Source of the DNA: Mytilus edulis
Lineage: Eukaryota
Assembly: GCF_963676685.1 (NCBI RefSeq)
Contig: NC_092347.1
Coordinates: 3,472,001 to 3,536,000 of the forward strand
DNA: 64,000 bases
Reading direction: 5' to 3'
Each line of letters starts with the position of its first letter. Position 1 is the first letter of the stretch. The notes below the pieces were generated by a model, which saw only the letters and a list, made by a program, of their open reading frames with translations, had not been told where the DNA came from and did not search any database. A program made the translations under genes and the position numbers. Positions 13,190-25,917 of the stretch are shown here, in pieces.

Positions 13190-14209
13190 TTATTTCCCCA
13201 CAATCTTGTGAATAGGAAGACTGTCAACTGTTTGATAACAGGTTGCCACCAAAACTGTCATGTCGAGAGATATTCTGTCTGGACACTGACATATTGTATG
13301 CTCATTCAGGTAAACCTTCCTACCAGCTGGTATGATTCTATCTCGTGCCAAACAATTACGTCCTGAAATAAAATATACACATCAGTAAACAACTTAATAG
13401 TTTACAGAATCCTTACGAGTTTGTTGATAAAACTGCTCATATGAAATATTTTTTCTGATATTTTTACAGAATCTTACTATATATTCAAAAATGTAGGTAC
13501 CAACTTCAATCCCTAAATGTTACTATATTAAACCGCGTTGTAGTACGTTATTTTAACCTATTACCAAGTGTGTACTTATAGGTTCTTCCAACACTTCCGA
13601 AGCACATGACATTATCCCCGGTTTTGCTGGGTTTCTTCTGGCTCAGTGTTTTCTAGGTTGTGTTTAACAGAATGAAGTTTGTCTTATGGTTGTATAGTGT
13701 TGACTTTTGCAATGACGTTGTCAGTTTGTTGGACTTGTTGGAAAATTCTTGAAGGAAGAAAACAGTCCATGTAGGTTCGCTTTATACTCTATAATCAACG
13801 AGACAATGTCTTGTATACCTTCGGGTGCTGCATGTATTCATATATCTTTCCTTCTTCCGTAATTAAAAAAAAACATGTACCATGAACTAAATTTTAATAA
13901 TAATTTTGTAACTACCAAGGCACTTTTTAACCATATATACGTTGGAATACACTTACCGTTCGGACATACAGGACAGCACATGTTCGGGTCATTAATTGGA
14001 TCAACACAAAGTGTCACCAAACACTCAGCTACGTTACAACTAACGTTTCCTTGGTTACAGCTACAGTGTTCACATGGTCTGGGTTGAAAATTGGATCCTT
14101 CTTGGTAATATTTTCCATCCTTATAACATCCGTCAGTTTGTGGTTTAGCATTCACAAATAGTCCAAGAATTATACAACAAGAAGTTAGAATGAAGAAAAA
14201 CTTCAACAT
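13190..14209 (-). CDS. Secreted VWC2/brorin-like protein, copy D, 141 aa (exons 13957-14209, 13190-13362)
   Basis: Exon 1 is a signal peptide plus VWC ending CCPVCPN-G|GTAAGT. Exon 2 is absent from the ORF track; hand translation after TTTCAG gives RNCLARDRIIPAGRKVYLNEHTICQCPDRISLDMTVLVATCYQTVDSLPIHKIVGK*. Confidence 0.9.
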
Positions 14210-15168
14210 TTTGTCTAAATGAAGTTCAATAGATATAGGTCACGAAAGATAAGAATAACCAATAATTGTATAACACTTCTGTTGACTTACAAGAAGAAAT
14301 TTATCCTATTCCTTTGAACAAATTGTCTGTCGTTCTTAAATAACACGTTTTTGTATGATGCATTTGAATAAAACAAACTGTTCGAAATGGACATAGTTTT
14401 TTTTGCTTATAATTAAGCGGATCTAAAAAAATAAATGATAACAACACCGTTAATTAAATTTCATGCGACCTATGCGTTTATCCTGAATAATGAATGAAAT
14501 CCGAACATTTAACAATGGTAAATTTAGTTATATGAATAAAATCATAGTTGGGTCAATATGACAGAAACACACCAACACGCACATCTTAACAGGTCAACAT
14601 TCAGTTTTCCACAAAAAACATGTGACTATATTATACAGCAAACTCTAAATTGCCAAGAAATTAGAAGTGAACAAATTTACACAGATTGTAAAATATTTAT
14701 TATCAATACCAAATACCCAAAATAGCAATAATTAAACAGAAATGTCGAAAGACAACCTCTGACGATATTCCTGACTTGGTACAAGCCAATTTTCATGTGA
14801 CGGTGTTTAACTTAATTTAGATCTCAAACTTTCGCCTTTAACTTTATCTGTGCACTAAAAAACGGTTCACACAAAAGAATATACAATAAAATGTTCGGGA
14901 AAATGTTGTTTGTGCTGTATTTAGACCCTTCTACAACAAAATTTGTTTTACATGCACACGAATAAAAATTGCGGTTTTTATCCAACGCAATCATAGGTTT
15001 GAACGTAGTTTTCAATTTAGACTTGTTTATATTTTTTCGTTTGGGCTTGTATCATATTTTACTTCCGGTTTATATGAACCGTTCATCCTATATTGACTCT
15101 TAAAATTCATGAGTCTATCTTAAATTGAGGGTAAATTATATGGCCTTCAAATACCGTTTCGATCCCTA

Positions 15169-15212
15169 ACATCACTGAAGAGACATTTATTGTCGAAATC
15201 TCGATCTGGTGT
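15169..15212 (+). ncRNA. Minimal type I hammerhead ribozyme, family Y variant
   Basis: ACATCA-CTGAAGA-GACA(tttat)TGTC-GAA-ATCTCGAT-C-TGGTGT. Confidence 0.8.
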
Positions 15213-16006
15213 ACAAAAAAATATTGACACCTTATGTTTGTGGCATAACATCTTGGCCACAAGTTTATTGTTTTCTGGTTTAGTATTAAATTTATAAAGA
15301 TCCATTTTGTTACATCTTGTGATCAATTTTATTTGGCAATCGCCACTGGCAGTCAGCAGGGTTAAAGAACATCAGTTGTTCGACCTGTTAGTCGAACAGT
15401 AAAAAAAAGTAAAATCACCAAAAAAAAAACGAACACCGAGGAAAATCCATAACGGAAAGTCCCTAATCAAATGGCAAAATCAAAAGCACAATCACATCAA
15501 ACGAATTGCCAACAACTGTCATATTTCTGAATTGGTTCAGACATTTTCTTATGTGGAAAATGATGGATTAAACCTGGTTTTATAAAAATCCGTTTAATAG
15601 ATTACCATATATACAGGATGATCACAGTTATGATATGAAATCATGCCGTCATATACTAGTAGAAATACAAGTTACTAAAGATCTGTCTAAACTAATCAGA
15701 TTGGAAAAGTGTGAAGACACTACTTGTTTGACGGACAAGGGGATTCGAAGTCGGGATACAATAAATTCAAGTATAAACATTCAATTCAATATCTTAAAAA
15801 AAAGAAGATGACATTGTTGAACGTTATTCGTCCTTGATCCTTGATATTGAGAGGTCATGAATAAAACAATAAACACTAACAATTGTAACTAGTACTTGAA
15901 AAACATGTACATTTAATATTTTTAATCAACTAAAAGGAAGAAATAAATATAACAAAACAACAATGAAAACATTTTTGAGTACAAACAGTTTAAAAGTGTA
16001 TGTAGA

Positions 16007-19000
16007 TTATGTACACATACTATAATGATTTGGTTCCGCCAGTCGGTTGTCTTGTAAAAGTAGGTAAGAATTCCCGGTACCGTCCTGATTTATATTTACA
16101 CTTCTCACTGGTAACATTACATTGTCTGGTGTCATTTCTAAATATTCTTTAACCTTGGTATTGTCAGCAATCATTGTAGTGTCAACAGTGGTGTCATTTA
16201 TTGTCTTTTCAACTCTGTTGTCCACGTCTTGGTTTGTATAGTTTGAAACATTTCTTTCAATAAGCTCATAAGCACCTATTCTGTTGTCGCTATTTTCTTC
16301 GTTGTAATTATTTGACATCTTCAAGAAATATTTTCTTGTATGCCTTTTTGTAACACAAAGATGTATGACGGTTGCGATAAATATCACCAAAATAATTAGA
16401 CTTATCGATGTCACATATGCCAAAATTGTACCAAGCATTATATCTGAAAACAAAAGTATTGAGTGAAATATGGTTACACCGTATAGTTTTTGCAAATATT
16501 GTAAGTCTTAGAAAAAAAAAGATTATTCCATTTTTTTTCCTAACTTCGTAGACAAGTAAGGAATAAAATATATTGATATCAATCAACACGAGGTAGTGTG
16601 ATGTGGCAAGGTCGCCAATGAAACGACTATCAACAAAACGGACTAACTATTATAGGCCAGCGTACGTAACAATGAGTAAAACCGTATAGTAAGAAGCTAT
16701 AAAAGGCTTTAATGGATTAAGTCTGATTTACTCAATTTTTATTGCGAACCCTATCTTAGTTTTCCATAGATTCACCTGCAAGTTACCTGTCCATTTAAAC
16801 TTTTGGCAGTTCTATTGTCCCATCTAACAAATACAACAGGTATTGTTCTCTGTGTAGTTTATTCACTCAGACCTTTAAATTTCTTCTAGGAGAAATATAT
16901 CACTCATTGATTAATCTACCTGAGTAAAAAATTGAACTGTCAATGAAGAAAAAATACTTATACCAATACTAAGTAAGGACTCACAAAACTGCATGTGGTG
17001 TTGTATTTATTCGATACCTGGAGTAACTCGTTTTTAATGTGTTCAATATTACATTTGTAATACTGATTCAAAAATTAAAAGTTGATTTCTGATCAAATAT
17101 TCAATATTTTTGTGTGTTTGATAAATAAAAAATTGAATATTATTATTTTTAAATTAAGGTCTTCATAAACATAAGTCTATAAATGAACAACAACAAAAAC
17201 ATGTAAATTCATTGGAAAATACTAAAAAATTTGTCTGAAATAAACTTTTTAGTATTAAACCAGATTTTATATTGAACAGATTGAAAATATATTAATGATA
17301 ATATTGAATAAACAGTTTATGTGAGTTATTAAAAGTATTTCAATAAAAAAGAAGATAATTTTTTGGTCAGGTAAATTAATCAATGAGTGATATATTTCTC
17401 CTAGAAGAAATTTAAAGGTCCCAGTGAATAAACTACACAGAGAACAATACCTGTTGTATTTGTTAGATGGGACAATAGGACTTACAAAAGTTTAAATGGA
17501 CAGGTAACTTGCAAGTGAATCTATGGAAAACTAAGATAGGGTTCGCAATAATATTTCATCACAATCTTGTACATTTGATGGATATGTTTTTAAAATTGCC
17601 CAGCTGTGTCTCTAGAGACAGATTCGAATTCATAATCCATCAAAGGTAACTAATTTTGTTTAGATAATACGCCCTATGTATAAAACCTATAAAGAATATC
17701 ATTACCTGCATCAATATGGGTTTCTGTTGACGCTGATTCTGTGACAGTATAAAATGTGCTTTTGTCTGTCCCACCATCCATGCCATCTATCAAAACAATG
17801 GTAATATAATCATTATAAAATTATTATAATTTTAATATTCTAAAGCATATGATATAACTCAAAGTTTTTGTTGGTGGATGTGTTGCTAATTCTTTAGTTC
17901 TATATACTGTCTAATGACGATATATATACATCTTTTAGTCGAACTTATATGTTGGCGATAACGTTGTCAGTTTCTCTCGACTAATGTGTTTGGAATGTTC
18001 GAATTGTATCCCCCCTTTTTTCCATTTCACTCTCTACCTAGGAGAAAACATCTGATTTCATTTTTTTATTGTAATTTTTTACGTTTACGCAAAACCATTT
18101 CAAATGCAGCAACTTAATCGAGGTCATTTCTCCCATGAAGTGAATACGACACTCCATTTAAGAATTAGAGTAACACCTTTGAGCCAGAAACATTTTTGAT
18201 CTTTCTTTTGTTTTTTTGTTTCTATCACGCCTCAGTTTCTAAGTATACAGAATAAAAAATTATGATAAAGGTCGATGATCATTCGTAACCATCGACAGTC
18301 ATGCAATAATTCCAAAAGACCCGTTAAATTATCATCATAATATACCGAAGACTAAACAGTTTCTGAGAGAAAAATGGAACACGAACTAAAGTTGCAATTT
18401 GATGTCCCAAATTTGTCTGAAAATTACCATTTTCTTTACGAAAAATGAACCCCGAACTTAGGTCTTCAAAGGTTGACAGAGTTGTTTTTATAATAATAAG
18501 GTCAGCAATAGAAAGTGAAGCATCAAAAACTAAACCAAATGGAGAAATAACTCATGCAATATTTTTTTCTTCAAAACTAAGGCTCACATTCAAGATGGTA
18601 ATTATCGCACAAAGCCGAAATACTAGCGGAATTATACTTATTTTTATCTTTTATAGTATGGTGTTGACAATTTTTTTGAAGGTAAGACATTTAGTATTTT
18701 AACAGTAATATATAACTGGTTTATTTATATCTTATGTCGATAACAGTTTGTTTTTTTTGCATTTCAAATAAAACATATCAATAATTATGACATTCATTTA
18801 TCATATACACTGAAATAGACTGACGTGAATTCAAGTTCAACGAAATTGTGTTCAATGCATATGCACATATATGTATATATGTTTCACATAAAACAATGAA
18901 TTAGTATTTTCAATCAAAACAAATCAGAGTATGCATATACAAACCTACGATGTTCAAAAGTACTTCGGTAGTATTAACTTTTCTATCTATAGTTTTTATA

Positions 19001-22000
19001 CACTTGTATACTCCTGCGTCTGCCCTTGAAACATTCTCTATCTGCAAATTGTATTCTCCTCTTTGTATGTTCCCCACTATCTTTAACTTGTCTTTGTGAG
19101 GTAAATTGATATTAACAATCCCTCGATCACCGTAAACTGTATTCTCCCGTATCCATTGACTTCGGTTCTCGGACGTTTGACATTGTAAGATAACTGTTTC
19201 TCCCATTCGTCCTATGATTTCTGTTAATGCATGCACTAGTAATAAGAAAAATGAAAAATTTCAAAAATGTGTGAAAAAAAAGTAAAAGTACAAAAATACT
19301 GAACTCCGATGAATATTCAAGACTGAAAGTCCCAAATCAAATAGCAAAATCAAAAGCTCAAATACATCAAACGAATGGATAACAACTGTCATATTTACAA
19401 CTTTGTACAGGTATTTTCTTATGTAGAAAATGGTGGATTAAACCTGGTTTTAAAGCACTAAGCCTCTCACTTGTTTGACAGTCGCAAACTGAAATATACA
19501 ACTCGTGTCATACACGACCAGAATATGCCGATTTGGCACCCACAAAAATAAGGTATTGGTCTTTAATATCAAAAGTTTAGATAAATGAGATTTTAATATC
19601 ATAAGCATTCTGCGGAAGAGTTGACAATAGGAGTAAACTATCAATTGGGTAAAACCTTGACTCATATCTAAGAATACCAAACAATAAGCAAAAAGGCCGT
19701 TTTTGTCATATATAACAATTTCCGTATGTTTCTGATATTATAAATGACATTTCAAACCAAATTTCGCAGATATTTCCTTCCCTTTTTTTTTCTAACAAAT
19801 AAACCACAATTTTGAAGGGGTTGATTCTTATTACATATCAATGTATTTAGCTTTAGGAGTTAGTGACCTAACCCATCAATGGGAGACTTTTTGCATTTCA
19901 TTATCTATAATACGTTACTAAACAATATGAAAATAAAGATATGTAGTATGCTTGCCAATGAGACAATTATCCATCAAAGTTCAAATGAAGTGGACGTTAG
20001 CAATTATAAGCATTCGCACGGCCTTCAACAATTAGAAATACCTATTTAGTGTAGTTGTCTAAATAAAGCTCCGACATGAAAAATATGAATTATAAAATTG
20101 AGAATTAGCTCAATTGAGAAAGCATACGGCCTAGTTTATAACAAAATAATCAGTTCAGGAAAAAAAAAGAGAGCAGATATGAAACAACGACATTAACCAA
20201 AGGCAACTACATTCTACTCACTAGGGACAGACACATAAAGAAGGTTGCCGGGTTAAACATGTTTGTGAGTGCTCAATCCTCCCCCAACCTTAGACAATAG
20301 TTTACAGCACAGTATAAGAACACACAACTTAATCAGTTCATCAGATCGGTGCAAAACATAAAAAAAATAAAAAATAAACAAATTCACAGATCGATAGATG
20401 CAGGGTTTATCTACATCCCTAACAACAACAATAAGACATAAAGAACATATATTAGATGACTCGCAGTTACCGCTAGTTCAAAGACAATACCTTATAATAC
20501 AGGAAATAATGTATTTAGGACTAAAATATTAATCAGGAAACGCAACATCCGATGGATTTAGCATAAAGACGTCATTTGCCGTCAGAGAAAAATATGACCT
20601 TGTGCAATGCAAAAATAAAGGTATAGACAGAGTGAAGAGTCGCAGTGTATAAGTGTATACTAATTATATTTAATATGGTTTTATTCACTGATAACAAAAT
20701 CAATACTTATACCATTAAAGACAATATTCAAAGATCTAATTCGAATTGGTAACCTTTTCGAATAAATGTATTCAAAGGATAGATAAGTTTACCCAGATAG
20801 TTTATAAATTTCCGGGCTCGTAAACAACATCAACGTAAAACTAAAAAAGTGCTATTATATTTGAAATTATTTTTTTTACATGTACAACTTGCAAACCTAA
20901 TCTTTGTATCTATGGAAGAATTTGTAAAGGTTAAAAGTTTGGAAACGAAATCCCTGACTCAATAATTTACCAGCGATAACTTATGATAAATTACGCTCAT
21001 TGAAATCCAAAACGTGACTACAGACTTCAACAATGAAAAGTGAATAGTGCACATACTTCAGCCCTGTAGTGTAATTTTATCCTTAAGGACTTACGAGAAG
21101 TATTTACGTCATACCACAACCACAATGGTGAGTGTTTTGTCGGCCGATATAAACACAAAACGCTTAACTTGCAAGTACTTTCATTTTTAATTCTACAGAG
21201 ATGGGCGTTCTACTAATTACTGTTTTTTTTTTCATTTCTAAACTATTTTCGAAACGTAATTAAGAATCAAGTGACCTTTTTTCTCAGATTTCCCACGTTT
21301 ACATCGCGTTCTTTAGACCTCTGAATATTTTTTTTAATATCTGCCTAATTCTTATTCTAAATTGCGATCACTTATACGGACTTTGGAAATAACTGCATAA
21401 CTAATATGAAAGCTTTTTTGATTATTATATGATCTTCTAAACTTATTTTGTAGTTTACTAAAACGAAATAGTTTTAAACTTTAATGCTAAAAACAAATCG
21501 TCTTTTGTTATATTTTCCTACTGATCGTTTACTTTTCGTGAAAGAGACTGTTCAAAGAATTGCTGAAAAGTATGAATGGTTATCAAAATCGAAATAAATT
21601 TCTTTGTCGAATTTAATAAAGTAAATAAAAGAAGCAAAAGTGAACATTCCTTTCAAATAAGCTTATCTATTATATTAAACTGACAGAATTTGAACTCTTT
21701 TTTTCGAAAAGTAAAAATATCACTAACTTGATGGCGTTCTGCATGGTGTTATTTGAATTTTATTAAATAATTTCAAACATTTTGACTCTCTCTCCCTCCT
21801 CTAAAAAAACCAAAAACAAAATAAAAAACAAAAAAATAATAATTCACCGATCTCCCAAAAAGTTTGTTCAAAATAAATTCAAGGAAGTATTTGATTTTAA
21901 CGTGTAACTGGTATGATCAAATTTATAAATACAAGCCTTATATGCCATGTATACTACTTACCTGGAGAAGATAATGTCATAAACAACAATACAGTTAAAT

Positions 22001-22022
22001 TAGCTAGTTTGTACATTTCCAT
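16007..22022 (-). CDS. Single IgV-domain type I transmembrane receptor, 289 aa (exons 21962-22022, 18945-19235, 17706-17786, 16007-16443)
   Basis: All three introns are phase-1 GT-AG and splice in frame. Signal peptide MEMYKLANLTVLLFMTLSSP; V/I-set Ig with GETVILQC, W, YNLQIENV, DAGVYKC; S/T-rich stalk; TM (LGTILAYVTSISLIILVIFIATVI); cytoplasmic tail with YELI, YLEM, YLLL. Confidence 0.85.
16739..17551. mobile_element. Foldback MITE with ~190-bp terminal inverted repeats, in the last intron of the IgV receptor gene
   Basis: 16739-~16930 is the near-perfect reverse complement of ~17360-17551 (ttattgcgaaccc...gggttcgcaataa), with an AT-rich spacer. Confidence 0.85.
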
Positions 22023-22389
22023 AAAAATGAACAATATAATATTGTATGTACCAATTTTACTAAATATTCCTATAAATAATATAAAAATCGTGTCAAGGAA
22101 ATATTTAATGTTGCATCAAGTACATCACATTATTGTAGCAAATAGTGACACATATAAAAACAGAAACACTTGTGATGCTTTAAATAAATAAACATATATG
22201 GTCGGGTTGTTGTTTCTTTGACACATTCTCCATTGCCATTCTCAATTTTCTATAAAAGACAAATCCAGAAATCTAAACAAAGTTCAAGTATATTTAGAGT
22301 TCAGATAACAGTGTCTTCCTGGAATGTCTACGTTTAACAAATATCTATAGGTCCTTTTTTTTTGTAGGGCACACTTTTGTCGCCCCCTT

Positions 22390-22850
22390 AACAAAACAAA
22401 TGTAAAACTTTTCTATATCTTTCACTCATTGCTCTGAGTAGAGAAAGTTCTTCTAATCTCTGACATCTAACCACTGGTCGCGGCTTCTCTGACATCCTCT
22501 GACCCTCGGCACCTAGAGAAAGCCTGACCTAGTTACGATGATGTGACTGTTTGTGGTGGGGGCAATTAATTTTTCTTAGAAACTTGCTCAGACGGTGACC
22601 CGTTGCTGAATCTGGCTCTTTAAATAGATTGAGCGGTAATGCCTATAGCTCATCTGGTTTTGAAGAGTCGTTGTTTAACTTTAAGTTAAGAGCTGGAGTT
22701 CCAATCTCTGCAAATGACTCGGACCCTTTGGCCAAAAATACCTTCAGTCTGTGGTTATTCCTTTCAGAACGGGACTTTGTTGACTTCTTATAAGGTGGTA
22801 ATATCGAGCCTCTTATATTTGATCTATTCAAGGTACAAGGGCAATAACTA
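22390..22850 (-). mobile_element. Possible decayed Gypsy integrase C-terminal fragment
   Basis: GC-richer island; the minus strand gives NHRLKVF and VTRSG, weakly resembling the VHxxRLK and TRSGR motifs. Confidence 0.25.
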
Positions 22851-22899
22851 AAAAACACTTTCGTTTTGTTTTTTAAAAACTTTTTTTATTAATATCTTA

Positions 22900-24072
22900 G
22901 TAAAAAAATTCAATGTGATTTCTTTAAACCTTTGATATTATTTGCATTAAATTCTTCCAATAATTGTTTACATGAGAAGGCAGACATTGCAATTTTCCAT
23001 ATAATCAAATATTTCTAAGTGGCCTTAGTCTTTTAAATTTTGTTATCGCACTGATTTTTAAACTCGTCAAAGACATTGAGGATATCAACCTATGATATAG
23101 TTTGTTCTAGCAATACTTGTATGCATGAGAACGCTGATAATGAAATCTTCCATAAAATGAATATTTACAAGGAGCCTTACTCTTTAAAAATAATTGATCG
23201 GACTAATTTTTGAACTCGTCTAAGACATTAGGGACATAAACCTACATGTATAATATAAATTTCATTAAAAAAAAACCTGTCAATATTAGTATAATATAGT
23301 AATATAAGATCGCTTATAAGGCAAATTTCTTTATACGTAATATTTCCAAGAGACATATTTTTGTCCATCTGATGAGTAAAGCCTTTTTCAACTGATTTTT
23401 ATAGTTCGTTCTTATGTTGTACTGTTATACCACTGTCCCAGGTTAGGGGGACGGTTGGAATCCCGCTAACATGTTTAACCCCGCCAAATTATTTATGTAT
23501 GTTACATATTTGTTTTTCGTTCATTTTTTTTTATATATAAATAAGGCCGTTAGTTTTCTCGTTTGAATTGTTTTACATTGTCATATCGGGGCCTTTTATA
23601 GCTGAATATAGTTGTTAATGTCTGTGTCATTTTGGTCTCTTGTGGACAGTTGTCTCATTGGCAATCATGCCACATCTTCTTTTTTATAGCTATTTTAGAA
23701 ATTACTGATCGTCACACATTTTCGAACTTGTTAAAGACTTTCTTAAAAAAACCCATAATTTAAGTTTCATATAATTGTGGCAAGAATTGTACATATGAGA
23801 GCACTAACAATGCAATTTACCACATATTTAATATTTCGAAGGGACATCACTGTTTTAAAGATAATTGATCAGCACTGATTTTCGAACTTGTCCAAAACAT
23901 TGTTGATTTAAACCTATATTATAAGTTTAATGAAAATCTTGCAAGAATTGTACACGTGAGAGTGCTAACAAAACAGGACAAACGGACGCACAGACGGAAT
24001 GACGGCGTTTCTTTACCCCCCCCCCCCCCAAAAAAAAAAAAAAAAAAAAAAAACGCGTTGCAAGGGGACAAT
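22900..24072 (+). mobile_element. HINE/Helentron-associated-like element with internal ~160-bp tandem units, interrupted at ~23355-23690
   Basis: Several diverged units (ttttgaactcgtc..agacatt..aaccta..gagagcactaacaa), then an ACGG/GACG microsatellite and a C-run...GGGG terminal hairpin. Confidence 0.5.
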
Positions 24073-25873
24073 TATTGGGAAAAAAACAAAACAATTTGGT
24101 GTTATTTTTGACAAATATCTAAATATTATAATAGGCAGATAGAAACTTATTACCTTAAAAAACATCATCAAATCAAGATCTACAAATGAGTTAATTAGCC
24201 GTAATAGTCAGCAACTCCTTATCATTAAAAAGCGTTAGAACTTAATAGAAATGTACTCTTTTGTAACGTAAGTGATATAGTTCCATCTTTTGTTAAATAT
24301 GTGTGAACAAGATAAGTTTAGTTTCATTTTCAAAAGTAATGATACGGACATTAGTACTGTAAGTGTAGCTGGAATAAGCGATATGTATGATTTGAACATT
24401 CATTTAAAGCAAACATAATGTTGTTAAGAGCTTTTATAGTATTAAAACTGATTGTAATAGCTTAAATTAATAATATTGTATGAATAACACCTCCACGCAA
24501 TGTAAATATAAAATATGTATCTCTTATCATTGAGAAAATATGTTTTTTTTGTTTGTTTGTTTGTTTGTTTGTTTATTTGTATTTGTATTTTGTAAATGTC
24601 GGCTGGTATCATTTCTGTATAGGAATTTACACATATAAAATTATTTGATTTGATTTATAGTTATTGACCTTTAATGGCGATTTTTCAAGTTCTAAGTTTG
24701 AGTATTTTTGCATATTATCTTGAAAACTATACAGGATAGATAGACTCTTTCGAATTGCAAAATTATCTAAAACCAAGTTGAATCTTTCCAAACCGTTCGA
24801 AAAACTTTATACCTCGAGAATGATTGCCCTAAAATAAGGATCTTGTTTACTCTATTGGACAAAAAACTAAAGATAGAAAGAAAATTTACAACGAGCAGTT
24901 AAAAATCTCGAATAAATTTTTAACGAATTCTACTTCAGTCTATGATGTTGGATTTTGTTCACTTTTGAAGATGCAAATATACCAAGGTGAGCAACACACG
25001 CAAGTTTCTTTAGAGCATGTAGTTATATTATAATTTGGTTGGTAACGCTCCTGGTGAACTATAAATTATCCATGGTACCATTAAAGCTCTGGTATTAATC
25101 TTGCATACTTCATACAATGTCAGTGAATTTCATTCCGAGCAGATAAAATCATGTAATTGTAATACAAAGTTGATTTTAAATGGTTTATTTTTTGTTGTTG
25201 ATACCTTCAGTGGTTGTCGTTTGTGGATGTTGTTCATAAGCGTTTCTGGTTTCTTGTTTAAAAATAGATTAGACAGTTGGTTTTCCTGTTTGAATGATTT
25301 TACACTGGTCAGTTTACGGGCCCTTTATAGTTAGATGTTCAGTGTAAGCCAAGGCTCCCTGTTGAAGGCCGTACTTTAACCCATAATGGTTTATTTTTAA
25401 AATTGTGACTTGGATGGAGAGTTGTCTCATTGGCACTCGTACCACATCTTTTTATATCTATTAGTGGCGATTGAACACATCTATTTCATAACTGGGCAAC
25501 ACAAAGCTGGTGGTCCAGTCAGCAATATTTCACGAGTAGCAGCTGAGTTATCCATGGCCTTCATACTACCATATAATTTTCGCTCGGACCTCAAAGTCTT
25601 TTTCAAAGTGTTTTTTTCATTCTCAAGATATCACCATAATGGATAGATGTATAAAGACAAGGGCATCTGAAAATAAGACCAGCAGCAAACAAGGCAAGGA
25701 GCGTGGGTCTTCTCCCAACATCTTCTCAGCTAGGTTTTTAAATTAAAAGTAAACTATTAAAATCCACCTACTTTTACGGAAGAACTCTTAATGTTTAATC
25801 AGCATATTACATAGTAGCAACAAATGACGATTATATTGGTCAATAGATATCAAAGGTACCAGGATTATAATTT

Positions 25874-25917
25874 GCGCCAGACGCGCGTTTCGTCTACATC
25901 AGACTCATCGGTGACGC
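25874..25917 (-). ncRNA. Hammerhead ribozyme family X, core CCGATGA (probably inactive)
   Basis: GCGTCA-CCGATGA-GTCT(gatgt)AGAC-GAA-ACGCGCGT-C-TGGCGC. Confidence 0.7.

Noticed and set aside
16010-16290. Canonical ITIM/ITAM in the IgV receptor tail
   Set aside because: The -2 residues (G, K, N) do not fit the I/V/L/S-x-Y-x-x-L/V consensus and the YxxL/I motifs are too far apart for an ITAM; reported only as generic Tyr motifs.
23365-23400. Hammerhead at ctgatgagt in the dispersed repeat (also ~37565-37595, minus)
   Set aside because: CTGATGA is present, but there is no GAAA core or stem III at the right spacing.
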